DNA of 12,188 nt, taken from the UHGV virus genome UHGV-1627815. One strand, given 5' to 3'. This DNA is from a virus. Below the pieces are notes generated by a model, which was not told where the DNA came from, made no database searches, and saw nothing but the letters and a program-made list of their open reading frames with translations. This document shows, piece after piece, positions 1-8,030 of this stretch; the first letter of the stretch is position 1, and each line of letters starts with the position of its first letter. The translations under genes were made by a program, and so were the position numbers.

Positions 1-904
1 CAATATCACCCAGCGACCCGACGTTCTCCGGCTTGCCGCCCATCAACTGAAAGGGGATGCGGTGCGCGTCCAGCAGGTCAGCGGCGCTGGCTTTTTTGAT
101 ATTAAAAAAATCGTCCTTCGTTGCGACTTCACTGAGCGGGATAATTTTAATGCCGTCGGCTTTCCCCTGTGGTGCATAGAGAAACAGATTTTTAAAGTTA
201 TTGCGGCCTTTCGACTTCACCATGTTTTCGCGAAGCATTTCGATATCGTTGCGATCCTGCACGGCATCGGTGACGTACATGATGTATCCGGCATGTGCGC
301 CGTTTTCGTAGTACTTGCGGCGGAACAGCGTGGCCGACTCATTCAGCCAGGCAGAGTTAAGGGCGCTGAGATATTCCGGCAGGCCGTACAGCTCCTGATT
401 AATATCCGGCTCCAGCAGGTGAAACACGGAACCGGGCGTGAAGGCTGTCGGTTCGTTGAAGGACGGCACCCACCAGTAAACATCCTCCTCCACGCCACGG
501 CGGGTATATTTTGCCGGTGAGGTTTCCAGTCTGATGACCTTACCGGTGGTGCTGTAACGCTTTTCCAGAAACGCATTACCGAACACCAGAAAATCCAGCA
601 CAAAGCGGCTGAAATCCTGTTGCGAAAGCCACGGGTGCGGAATAAACGTTGAAGCCAGAATATTACGTTTGACGTAAATCGGTGAGCTGTGATGTACGGC
701 AGCACGCAGGCTTTTTGCCAGACCGGTAAAGCTGACCGGTGGCTCATACCATCTGCCGTTACTGATGCACTCGACGTAATCCAGAATGTCACGGCGGTCG
801 AGTACCGGCACCGGTTCACCAAAGGTGAATGCTTCCATTTTCGGGGCGCTGGCGGTGATTGTTTTTGCCGCAGGTTGCGGTGTTTTCCCTTTTTTCTTGC
901 TCAT
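1..904 (-). CDS. Q: Portal protein, N-terminal 301 codons; C-terminus lies beyond the window start
   Basis: Minus-strand frame open from ATG at 904..902 to the window edge; absent from the ORF track because it has no in-window stop. Begins MSKKKGKTPQPAAKTITASAPKMEAFTFGEPVPVLDRRDIL and ends in-window ...RIPFQLMGGKPENVGSLGDI. Recognised as P2 gpQ-type portal. Its start overlaps the P stop (TGATG on the minus strand). Position immediately downstream of P matches P2. Confidence 0.9.
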   Translation of the reverse strand, partial: MSKKKGKTPQPAAKTITASAPKMEAFTFGEPVPVLDRRDILDYVECISNGRWYEPPVSFTGLAKSLRAAVHHSSPIYVKRNILASTFIPHPWLSQQDFSRFVLDFLVFGNAFLEKRYSTTGKVIRLETSPAKYTRRGVEEDVYWWVPSFNEPTAFTPGSVFHLLEPDINQELYGLPEYLSALNSAWLNESATLFRRKYYENGAHAGYIMYVTDAVQDRNDIEMLRENMVKSKGRNNFKNLFLYAPQGKADGIKIIPLSEVATKDDFFNIKKASAADLLDAHRIPFQLMGGKPENVGSLGDI

Positions 905-2676
905 CAGTAAAACTCCAGAATGGTGGATGTCAGCGGGGTGCTGATACCGGCGGTGAGTGGCTCATTTAACAGGGCGTGCATGGTTGCCCAGGCGAGGTCG
1001 GCGTGGCTGGCTTCCTCGCTGCGGCTGGCCTCATAGGTGGCGCTGCGTCCGCTGCTGGTCATGGTCTTGCGGATAGCCATAAACGAGCTGGTGATGTCGG
1101 TGGCGCTGACGTCATATTCCAGACAGCCACGGCGGATAACGTCTTTTGCCTTGAGCACCATTGCGGTTTTCATTTCCGGCGTGTAGCGGATATCGCGCGC
1201 GGCGGGATAGAACGAGCGCACGAGCTGGAACACGCCGACACCGAGGCCGGTGGCATCAATACCGATGTATTCGACGTTGTATTTTTCGGTGAGTTTGCGG
1301 ATGGATTCAGCCTGGGTGGCAAAGTCCATGCCTTTCCACTGGTGACGCTCAAGTATTCTGAATTTGCCACCGGCCACCACCGGCGGTGCCAGCACCACGC
1401 ATCCGGCACTGTCGCCACGGTGTGACGGGTCGTAACCAATCCATACCGGACGTGAGCCGAACGGATTGGCGGCAAACGGCGCATAGTCTTCCCATTCTTC
1501 CAGCGTGTCGACCATGCAGCGTTGCAGCTCCTCGAACGGGAACACCGACGCCTTGTCGTCAACAAATTCACACATGAACAGGTTTTTAAAATCGTCGGCG
1601 CTGTTTTCACGTTTGAGCTGCTCAATGTCGAACAGCGTGCAGCCGCCTTTCAGCGCGTCCTCAATGGTGACAATCTGCCGCCACTGGCCGTCCGCACAGA
1701 GAAGACCTCCGGCAAGGGCGTTATGACTGACGTCGATTTCCACGCGTTCGGCGGCGCTGGCGCGTCCCCGGTTAAACAGTTCACCCGACCAGAACGGGTA
1801 GGCGTCGTGCGCCAGCGTGGACGGGGTGGAGAAATAGGTCGAGCGCAGGTGACTCTGTGAGGCCATACCTGATGCCACCTTACGCAGTACCTGAAAATTC
1901 GGGATCCAGAAAATCTCGTCGACGTACAGGTCACCGTTATGGCTCTGTGCGGTGTTGGAGTTGGTGCCGAGAAAAATCAGTTTTGCGCCGTTATTGCCCA
2001 GGACAATCGGGTCACCGGTCAGGTCAACGTCAACCAGCCGGGCAAAGGCGATGATGTATTCGCGGAACACATACGCCTGCGTTTTACTGGCCGACAGAAA
2101 AATCTGGTTATGACCGGTTTTCAGGGCGCGCAGCAGCGCCTCGCGGGAAAAATAAAACGTCGCGCCAATCTGGCGGGATTTCAGGATATCGCGGATGCGG
2201 TGCTCAAGCCCTGCGCGATACCAGTGCAACTGATATTCGAAAGACTGCTCAAAGAAAATCTGCTCCAGCTTTTCGATGGCCTCGTCACTGAAAAAATTCT
2301 TTTTCGGTTTGCGCCGCCCGCCTTTGTTGCGGTTAGCGACGTTCGGATTAAGGTCTGCCTCGTTGCCGGTCTGACTGTAACGGTTTACCCGTGCCAGTCG
2401 TTCAATCTGGCGTCCCAGCAGGTCAATTTCCTTGAAGTCACCACCGGTTTTCTGCGGTTTGATGATGAGCTGGGTCAGTCGCGCTTCCAGACTCATTTCG
2501 ACACGGCTGATGGGGGCAACGCTGTCCCAGCCGTCGCGCTGTTTCCAGCTCTGCACCGTCGGACGTTTCATCTGCAACATGGCGGCAATCTGCGGCACGG
2601 AAAACCCCTGCCAGTACAGCAGCGCCGCCTGACGACGCGGGTCGTGTAAAAGAGTGGTGTCTGTGGTGATGGTCAT
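904..2676 (-). CDS. P: Terminase large (ATPase) subunit
   Basis: Minus-strand ORF of 590 aa from ATG at 2676..2674 (MTITTDTTLLHDPRRQAALLYWQGF...) to TGA at 906..904. GAGG lies 5 nt upstream of this ATG. The ORF track extends to a TTG at 2706, but the ATG with a Shine-Dalgarno gives the 590 aa length I recall for P2 gpP. Divergent from O as in P2. Confidence 0.9.
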   Translation of the reverse strand: MTITTDTTLLHDPRRQAALLYWQGFSVPQIAAMLQMKRPTVQSWKQRDGWDSVAPISRVEMSLEARLTQLIIKPQKTGGDFKEIDLLGRQIERLARVNRYSQTGNEADLNPNVANRNKGGRRKPKKNFFSDEAIEKLEQIFFEQSFEYQLHWYRAGLEHRIRDILKSRQIGATFYFSREALLRALKTGHNQIFLSASKTQAYVFREYIIAFARLVDVDLTGDPIVLGNNGAKLIFLGTNSNTAQSHNGDLYVDEIFWIPNFQVLRKVASGMASQSHLRSTYFSTPSTLAHDAYPFWSGELFNRGRASAAERVEIDVSHNALAGGLLCADGQWRQIVTIEDALKGGCTLFDIEQLKRENSADDFKNLFMCEFVDDKASVFPFEELQRCMVDTLEEWEDYAPFAANPFGSRPVWIGYDPSHRGDSAGCVVLAPPVVAGGKFRILERHQWKGMDFATQAESIRKLTEKYNVEYIGIDATGLGVGVFQLVRSFYPAARDIRYTPEMKTAMVLKAKDVIRRGCLEYDVSATDITSSFMAIRKTMTSSGRSATYEASRSEEASHADLAWATMHALLNEPLTAGISTPLTSTILEFY

Positions 2677-2849
2677 GAATACCTCGCCGTGATGAATACA
2701 CGGCAAGGCTACTGAGTCGCGCCCCGCGATTCGCTAAGGTGCTGTTGTGTCAGTGATAAGCCATCCGGGACTGATGGCGGAGGATGCGTATCGTCGGGAA
2801 ACTGATGCCGACATGTGACTCCTCTAATCACTATTCAGGACTCCTGACA
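2677..2849. promoter_or_regulatory. Divergent non-coding region between P and O starts; expected location of the late promoters for the P-Q and O-N-M-L... operons
   Basis: 173 bp without a credible ORF between two divergently oriented, confidently identified genes. In P2 this gap carries the Ogr-activated late promoters P_P and P_O. Promoter elements themselves were not identified by eye (see findings). Confidence 0.5.
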
Positions 2850-3704
2850 ATGGCAAAAAAAGTCTCAAAATTCTTTCGTATCGGCGTTGAGGGTGACACC
2901 TGTGACGGACGTGTCATCAGTGCGCAGGATATTCAGGAAATGGCCGAAACCTTTGACCCGCGAGTCTATGGTTGCCGCATTAACCTGGAACATCTGCGCG
3001 GCATCCTGCCTGACGGTATTTTTAAACGTTATGGCGATGTGGCCGAACTGAAGGCCGAAAAGATTGACGATGATTCGGCGCTGAAAGGCAAATGGGCGCT
3101 GTTTGCGAAAATCACCCCAACCGATGACCTTATCGCGATGAACAAGGCCGCGCAGAAGGTCTATACCTCAATGGAAATTCAGCCGAACTTTGCCAATACC
3201 GGCAAATGTTATCTGGTGGGTCTGGCCGTCACCGATGACCCGGCAAGCCTCGGCACGGAATACCTGGAATTCTGCCGCACGGCAAAACACAACCCCCTGA
3301 ACCGCTTCAAATTAAGCCCTGAAAACCTGATTTCAGTGGCAACGCCCGTTGAGCTGGAATTTGAAGACCTGCCTGAAACCGTGTTCACCGCCCTGACCGA
3401 AAAGGTGAAATCCATTTTTGGCCGTAAACAGGCCAGCGATGACGCCCGTCTGAATGACGTGCATGAAGCGGTGACCGCTGTTGCTGAACATGTGCAGGAA
3501 AAACTGAGCGCCACTGAGCAGCGCATCGCAGAAATGGAAACCGCCTTTTCCGCACTTAAGCAGGATATGACTGACAGGGCGGATGAAACCAGCCAGGCAT
3601 TCACCCGCCTGAAAAACAGTCTCGACCACACCGAAAGTCTGACCCAGCAGCGCCGCAGCAAGGCCACCGGCGGTGGCGGTGACGCCCTGATGACGAACTG
3701 CTGA
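2850..3704 (+). CDS. O: Capsid scaffolding protein with N-terminal serine-protease domain
   Basis: 284 aa from ATG at 2850 (MAKKVSKFFRIGVEGDTCDGRVISAQDIQEM...), with AGGA 9 nt upstream. Upstream in-frame ATGs at 2784 and 2805 lack usable spacing to a Shine-Dalgarno. Recognised as P2 gpO; Asp19, His48 and Ser107 are present at the positions I recall for the gpO catalytic triad. Confidence 0.9.
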   Translation: MAKKVSKFFRIGVEGDTCDGRVISAQDIQEMAETFDPRVYGCRINLEHLRGILPDGIFKRYGDVAELKAEKIDDDSALKGKWALFAKITPTDDLIAMNKAAQKVYTSMEIQPNFANTGKCYLVGLAVTDDPASLGTEYLEFCRTAKHNPLNRFKLSPENLISVATPVELEFEDLPETVFTALTEKVKSIFGRKQASDDARLNDVHEAVTAVAEHVQEKLSATEQRIAEMETAFSALKQDMTDRADETSQAFTRLKNSLDHTESLTQQRRSKATGGGGDALMTNC

Positions 3705-3762
3705 CCGGCGTCAGTCAGTCCGGGAAAACCTTCACGATTAACCCTTAATTTCAGGAAAAACT

Positions 3763-4836
3763 ATGCGCCAGGAAACCCGCTTTAAATTTAATGCCTACCT
3801 GTCCCGTGTTGCCGAACTGAACGGCATCGACGCCGGTGATGTGTCGAAAAAATTCACCGTTGAACCGTCGGTCACCCAGACCCTGATGAACACCATGCAG
3901 GAGTCCTCTGATTTTCTGACCCGCATCAACATTGTGCCGGTCAGCGAAATGAAAGGGGAAAAAATTGGTATCGGTGTCACCGGCTCCATCGCCAGCACCA
4001 CCGACACCGCCGGTGGCACCGAGCGTCAGCCGAAGGACTTCTCGAAGCTGGCGTCAAACAAGTACGAATGCGACCAGATTAACTTCGATTTTTATATCCG
4101 CTACAAAACGCTGGACCTGTGGGCGCGTTATCAGGATTTCCAGCTCCGTGTCCGTAACGCCATTATCAAACGCCAGTCCCTTGATTTCATCATGGCCGGT
4201 TTTAACGGCGTGAGGCGTGCCGAAACCTCTGACCGCAGCAGCAATCCGATGCTGCAGGATGTGGCGGTCGGCTGGCTGCAGAAATACCGCAATGAAGCCC
4301 CGGCGCGCGTGATGAGCAAGGTCACTGACGAGGAAGGTCACACCACCTCTGAGGTCATCCGCGTGGGTAAGGGCGGTGATTATGCCAGCCTTGATGCACT
4401 GGTGATGGATGCGACCAACAACCTGATTGAGCCGTGGTATCAGGAAGACCCTGACCTTGTGGTGATTGTGGGGCGTCAGTTACTGGCGGACAAGTATTTC
4501 CCCATCGTTAACAAGGAGCAGGACAACAGCGAAATGCTGGCCGCTGACGTCATCATCAGCCAGAAACGCATCGGTAACCTGCCGGCGGTACGCGTCCCGT
4601 ACTTCCCGGCGGATGCGATGCTCATCACGAAGCTGGAAAACCTGTCCATCTACTACATGGATGACAGCCATCGCCGCGTGATTGTGGAAAACCCGAAACT
4701 CGACCGCGTGGAGAACTACGAGTCAATGAACATTGATTACGTGGTGGAAGACTACGCCGCCGGTTGTCTGGTGGAAAAAATCAAGGTCGGTGACTTCTCC
4801 ACACCGGCTAAGGCGACCGCAGAGCCGGGAGCGTAA
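3763..4836 (+). CDS. N: Major capsid protein
   Basis: 357 aa ORF (MRQETRFKFNAYLSRVAELNGIDAGD...), with AGGA 6 nt upstream. Length and sequence match my memory of P2 gpN; it follows O as in P2. Confidence 0.93.
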   Translation: MRQETRFKFNAYLSRVAELNGIDAGDVSKKFTVEPSVTQTLMNTMQESSDFLTRINIVPVSEMKGEKIGIGVTGSIASTTDTAGGTERQPKDFSKLASNKYECDQINFDFYIRYKTLDLWARYQDFQLRVRNAIIKRQSLDFIMAGFNGVRRAETSDRSSNPMLQDVAVGWLQKYRNEAPARVMSKVTDEEGHTTSEVIRVGKGGDYASLDALVMDATNNLIEPWYQEDPDLVVIVGRQLLADKYFPIVNKEQDNSEMLAADVIISQKRIGNLPAVRVPYFPADAMLITKLENLSIYYMDDSHRRVIVENPKLDRVENYESMNIDYVVEDYAAGCLVEKIKVGDFSTPAKATAEPGA

Positions 4837-4839
4837 CTG

Positions 4840-5583
4840 ATGACGAGTCCCGCACAGCGCCACATGATGCGGGTCTCGGCAGCGATGACCGCGCAGCGGG
4901 ACGCCGCCCCGCTGCGACATGCAACTGTCTATGAGCAGATGCTGGTTAAGCTCGCCGCAGACCAGCGCACACTGAAAGCGATTTATTCAAAAGAGCTGAA
5001 GGCCGCGAAAAAGCGCGAACTGCTGCCGTTCTGGTTGCCGTGGGTGAACGGCGTGCTGGAGCAGGGCAAAGGTGCACAGGATGACATTCTGATGACGGTC
5101 ATGCTGTGGCGTCTGGATACCGGCGATATTGCCGGTGCGCTGGAGATTGCCCGTTATGCCCTGAAGTACGGTCTGACCATGCCGGGAAAACACCGCCGCA
5201 CCCCGCCGTACATGTTCACCGAGGAGGTCGCGCTTGCGGCCATGCGTGCCCACGCTGCCGGTGAGTCTGTGGATACCCGCCTGCTGACGGACACCCTTGA
5301 ACTGACCGCCACGGCTGACATGCCTGATGAAGTGCGCGCAAAGCTGCACAAAATCACCGGTCTGTTTCTGCGTGACGCTGGTGATGCCGCCGGTGCGCTG
5401 GCTCACCTGCAACGTGCGACACAGCTCGACTGTCAGGCAGGCGTCAAAAAAGAGATTGAACGACTGGAGCGGGAGCTGAAACCGAAGCCGGAGCCGCAGC
5501 CAAAAGCGGCCACCCGTACCCCGCGTAAGACCCGGAGCGTGACACCGGCAAAACGTGGACGCCCGAAAAAGAAAGCCAGTTAA
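4840..5583 (+). CDS. M: Terminase small (DNA-recognition/endonuclease) subunit
   Basis: 247 aa ORF starting 3 nt after the N stop, with GGGAG upstream. Recognised as P2 gpM by sequence, length and position. Basic Pro/Lys-rich C-terminal tail ending KRGRPKKKAS. Confidence 0.9.
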   Translation: MTSPAQRHMMRVSAAMTAQRDAAPLRHATVYEQMLVKLAADQRTLKAIYSKELKAAKKRELLPFWLPWVNGVLEQGKGAQDDILMTVMLWRLDTGDIAGALEIARYALKYGLTMPGKHRRTPPYMFTEEVALAAMRAHAAGESVDTRLLTDTLELTATADMPDEVRAKLHKITGLFLRDAGDAAGALAHLQRATQLDCQAGVKKEIERLERELKPKPEPQPKAATRTPRKTRSVTPAKRGRPKKKAS

Positions 5584-5610
5584 CAACCGAATGCGCCCCG
5601 CGCCAGGGCG

Positions 5611-5657
5611 GCACGCCGGTCAGTGAGGGTGAATCACCTGACACTGCACCGGCGTCC
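5611..5657 (+). other. Imperfect extended stem-loop in the M-L intergenic region (possible attenuator or RNA stability/processing element)
   Basis: By hand pairing: 5613-5620 with 5648-5655 (8 bp), bulged C5647, 5621-5625 (cagtg) with 5642-5646 (cactg), then a short inner stem 5628-5630/5636-5638. A TTTT run at 5668-5671 lies about 10 nt downstream. Sits in the 99 bp gap between M and L. Confidence 0.45.
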
Positions 5658-5682
5658 ACCGCCCGACTTTTCAGAGGTAGTC

Positions 5683-6192
5683 ATGATGACGCTGATTATT
5701 CCGCGAAAGGAGGCTCCCGTGTCCGGTGAGGGTACGGTGGTCATCCCGCAACCGGCAGGCGACGAGCCGGTGATTAAAAATACGTTCTTTTTTCCCGATA
5801 TCGACCCGAAGCGCGTCCGGGAACGTATGCGCCTTGAGCAGACTGTCGCCCCCGCCCGTCTGCGTGAGGCCATCAAGTCAGGCATGGCGGAGACGAATGC
5901 GGAGCTGTACGAGTACCGCGAACAGAAAATTGCCGCCGGTTTTACGCGTCTGGCGGACGTCCCGGCGGACGACATCGACGGTGAAAGCATCAAAGTTTTT
6001 TACTACGAGCGCGCCGTGTGTGCGATGGCGACCGCATCGCTTTATGAGCGTTATCGCGGCGTGGATGCCAGTGCGAAAGGCGACAAGAAGGCCGACAGCA
6101 TTGACAGCACCATTGATGAGCTGTGGCGGGATATGCGCTGGGCGGTGGCGCGCATCCAGGACAAGCCGCGCTGCATCGTGAGTCAAATCTGA
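5683..6192 (+). CDS. L: Head completion/stabilisation protein
   Basis: 169 aa from ATG at 5683 (MMTLIIPRKEAPVSGEGT...), with GAGG 5 nt upstream. The ORF track extends upstream to a GTG at 5623, but the 169 aa product matches P2 gpL. Its stop overlaps the X start. Confidence 0.88.
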   Translation: MMTLIIPRKEAPVSGEGTVVIPQPAGDEPVIKNTFFFPDIDPKRVRERMRLEQTVAPARLREAIKSGMAETNAELYEYREQKIAAGFTRLADVPADDIDGESIKVFYYERAVCAMATASLYERYRGVDASAKGDKKADSIDSTIDELWRDMRWAVARIQDKPRCIVSQI

Positions 6193-6395
6193 TGAAGACC
6201 TTTGCGCTACAGGGCGACACGCTCGACGCCATTTGTGTCCGGTATTACGGGCGCACTGAGGGCGTGGTTGAGACCGTGCTCGCCGCAAATCCGGGACTGG
6301 CTGAACTGGGTGCGGTGCTGCCACACGGCACCGCCGTCGAACTGCCCGACGTTCAGACCGCGCCCGTGGCTGAAACTGTCAATCTGTGGGAGTAA
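6192..6395 (+). CDS. X: Tail protein X (small, LysM-like)
   Basis: 67 aa (MKTFALQGDTLDAICVRYYGRTEGVVETVLAANPGLAELGAVLPHGTAVELPDVQTAPVAETVNLWE). Its ATG overlaps the L stop (TGATG). Matches P2 gpX in size and position. Confidence 0.85.
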   Translation: MKTFALQGDTLDAICVRYYGRTEGVVETVLAANPGLAELGAVLPHGTAVELPDVQTAPVAETVNLWE

Positions 6396-6398
6396 CGC

Positions 6399-6680
6399 AT
6401 GACAGCAGAAGAAAAAAGCGTCCTGTCGCTTTTCATGATTGGGGTGCTGATTGTTGTCGGCAAGGTGCTTGCCGGTGATGAACCCATCACCCCGCGTCTG
6501 TTTATCGGGCGCATGTTGCTCGGTGGTTTTGTCTCGATGGTTGCCGGTGTTGTTCTGGTGCAGTTTCCTGACCTGTCACTGCCTGCGGTGTGCGGCATCG
6601 GCTCCATGCTGGGTATCGCCGGTTATCAGGTGATTGAGATTGCCATTCAGCGCCGCTTTAAGGGCAGGGGGAAACCGTAA
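6399..6680 (+). CDS. Y: Holin
   Basis: 93 aa hydrophobic protein (MTAEEKSVLSLFMIGVLIVVGKVLAG...), with GGGAG 6 nt upstream, lying immediately upstream of the endolysin gene. Matches P2 gpY in length and position. Confidence 0.88.
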   Translation: MTAEEKSVLSLFMIGVLIVVGKVLAGDEPITPRLFIGRMLLGGFVSMVAGVVLVQFPDLSLPAVCGIGSMLGIAGYQVIEIAIQRRFKGRGKP

Positions 6681-7177
6681 TGCCGGTAATTAACACACAT
6701 CAGAATATCGCCGCCTTTCTCGACATGCTGGCCGTGTCCGAAGGGACGGCGAATCATCCGCTGACGAAAAACCGGGGCTATGACGTGATAGTCACCGGAC
6801 TGGACGGGAAGCCGGAAATTTTCACCGACTACAGTGACCACCCGTTCGCGCATGGCCGACCGGCGAAGGTGTTTAACCGTCGCGGTGAAAAGTCCACGGC
6901 ATCCGGTCGCTATCAGCAGCTTTACCTGTTCTGGCCGCACTACCGCAAACAGCTTGCCCTGCCGGATTTCAGTCCGTTGTCACAGGACAGACTCGCCATT
7001 CAGTTGATCCGCGAACGCGGAGCACTGGATGACATCCGGGCGGGACGCATTGAGCGCGCCATTTCACGCTGTCGCAATATCTGGGCGTCCCTGCCGGGTG
7101 CCGGTTACGGTCAGCGTGAGCATTCACTGGAAAAACTGGTCACCGTCTGGCGTACCGCTGGCGGCGTACCGGCTTAA
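6680..7177 (+). CDS. K: Endolysin, lambda R-like lytic transglycosylase type
   Basis: 165 aa. Start overlaps the Y stop (TAATG). Motifs FLDMLAVSEGT and CRNIWASLPGAGYGQ closely resemble phage lambda R endolysin as I recall it. Matches P2 gpK in length and position. Confidence 0.92.
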   Translation: MPVINTHQNIAAFLDMLAVSEGTANHPLTKNRGYDVIVTGLDGKPEIFTDYSDHPFAHGRPAKVFNRRGEKSTASGRYQQLYLFWPHYRKQLALPDFSPLSQDRLAIQLIRERGALDDIRAGRIERAISRCRNIWASLPGAGYGQREHSLEKLVTVWRTAGGVPA

Positions 7178-7191
7178 ACGGAGTAAACACC

Positions 7192-7617
7192 ATGAAGAAA
7201 TTATCCCTTTCACTGATGCTGCACGTGTCGCTGGCGCTGATGCTGGCACTGTCCCTGATTTACCCGCAGAGCGTGGCCGTCAGTTTTGTCGCTGCCTGGG
7301 CGATTCTGGCGACGGTTATCTGTGTGGTTGCCGGTGGTGTCGGCGTGTATGCCACGGAGTATGTACTGGAACGCTACGGACGGGAGCTGCCGCCGGAATC
7401 GCTGGCCGTGAAGATTGTCACGTCGCTGTTTTTACAGCCGGTGCCGTGGCGCAGGCGGGCGGCGGCTCTGGTGGTGATGGTGGCGACGTTTATCTCGCTG
7501 GTCGCTGCCGGGTGGATTTTTACCGCGCTGATTTATCTCGTGGCATCGGTGTTCTTCCGGCTGATACGTACGGCCTGCCGTCAGCGTTTTGAGGGGCGGG
7601 AACCATGTCAAAGCTGA
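7192..7617 (+). CDS. lysA: Lysis-timing membrane protein LysA
   Basis: 141 aa with several hydrophobic segments (MKKLSLSLMLHVSLALMLALSLIY...), GGAG upstream. Position between K and lysB and length match P2 LysA. Confidence 0.85.
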   Translation: MKKLSLSLMLHVSLALMLALSLIYPQSVAVSFVAAWAILATVICVVAGGVGVYATEYVLERYGRELPPESLAVKIVTSLFLQPVPWRRRAAALVVMVATFISLVAAGWIFTALIYLVASVFFRLIRTACRQRFEGREPCQS

Positions 7618-8030
7618 TGATTGTGATGGTTGTGTTGTTATCGCTGGCGGTGGCGGGTCTGTTTCTGGCGAAGCATAAAAACGCCAGCCTGCGCACCTCA
7701 CTGGACAGGGCAAACAACGTAGCCAGCGAGCAGCAGGCGACCATCACCATGCTGAAAAATCAGCTTCATGTTGCGCTCACCAGGGCAGACAAAAACGAGC
7801 TGGCGCAGGTGGCACTGCGTCAGGAACTGGAGAACGCCGCGAAGCGTGAAGCACAGCGCGAGAAAACCATCACGAGGTTACTCAATGAAAACGAAGATTT
7901 TCGCCGCTGGTACGGTGCTGACCTGCCTGATGCTGTGCGCCGTTTGCACCAGCGCCCGGCCTGCGCAGACGCCAGTGATTGTCCACAACGCCTGCCCGAA
8001 AGTGAGTCTTTGCCCGATGCCGGGCAGTGA
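7605..8030 (+). CDS. lysB: Rz-like inner-membrane spanin (i-spanin) LysB
   Basis: 141 aa with an N-terminal hydrophobic anchor (MSKLMIVMVVLLSLAVAGLFLA) followed by a charged, helix-prone region. Overlaps the lysA 3' end by 13 nt, with GAGGGG upstream. Confidence 0.85.
   Translation: MSKLMIVMVVLLSLAVAGLFLAKHKNASLRTSLDRANNVASEQQATITMLKNQLHVALTRADKNELAQVALRQELENAAKREAQREKTITRLLNENEDFRRWYGADLPDAVRRLHQRPACADASDCPQRLPESESLPDAGQ

Noticed and set aside
1939-2649. 236 aa plus-strand ORF lying inside the terminase large-subunit gene on the opposite strand
   Set aside because: Entirely antisense to a confidently identified, conserved gene. Its Arg/Gly/Ala-rich composition is typical of spurious antisense frames in GC-rich coding DNA, and it has no convincing Shine-Dalgarno.
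2706-2784. Upstream alternative starts for P (TTG at 2706) and O (ATG at 2784 or 2805) suggested by the ORF track
   Set aside because: The ATGs at 2676 (P) and 2850 (O) have properly spaced Shine-Dalgarno sequences and give the protein lengths recalled for P2 (590 and 284 aa). The GGAGG at 2779-2783 abuts ATG 2784 with zero spacing.
3681-3723. Short inverted repeats after the O stop (ctgac/gtcag at 3701-3715; gacgcc/ggcgtc at 3681-3712)
   Set aside because: Stems are only 5-6 bp, partly inside the O coding end, and no U-tract follows; too weak to call a terminator.
4987-5586. 199 aa minus-strand ORF antisense to the small terminase gene M
   Set aside because: Antisense to a recognised gene, Arg/Gly-rich low-complexity translation, no ribosome-binding site context.
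7029-7592. 187 aa plus-strand alternative-frame ORF across the K/lysA region
   Set aside because: Out of frame with two recognised genes, Gly/Arg/Cys-rich product, no start context. Unlike lysC it matches no known nested gene of this phage family.
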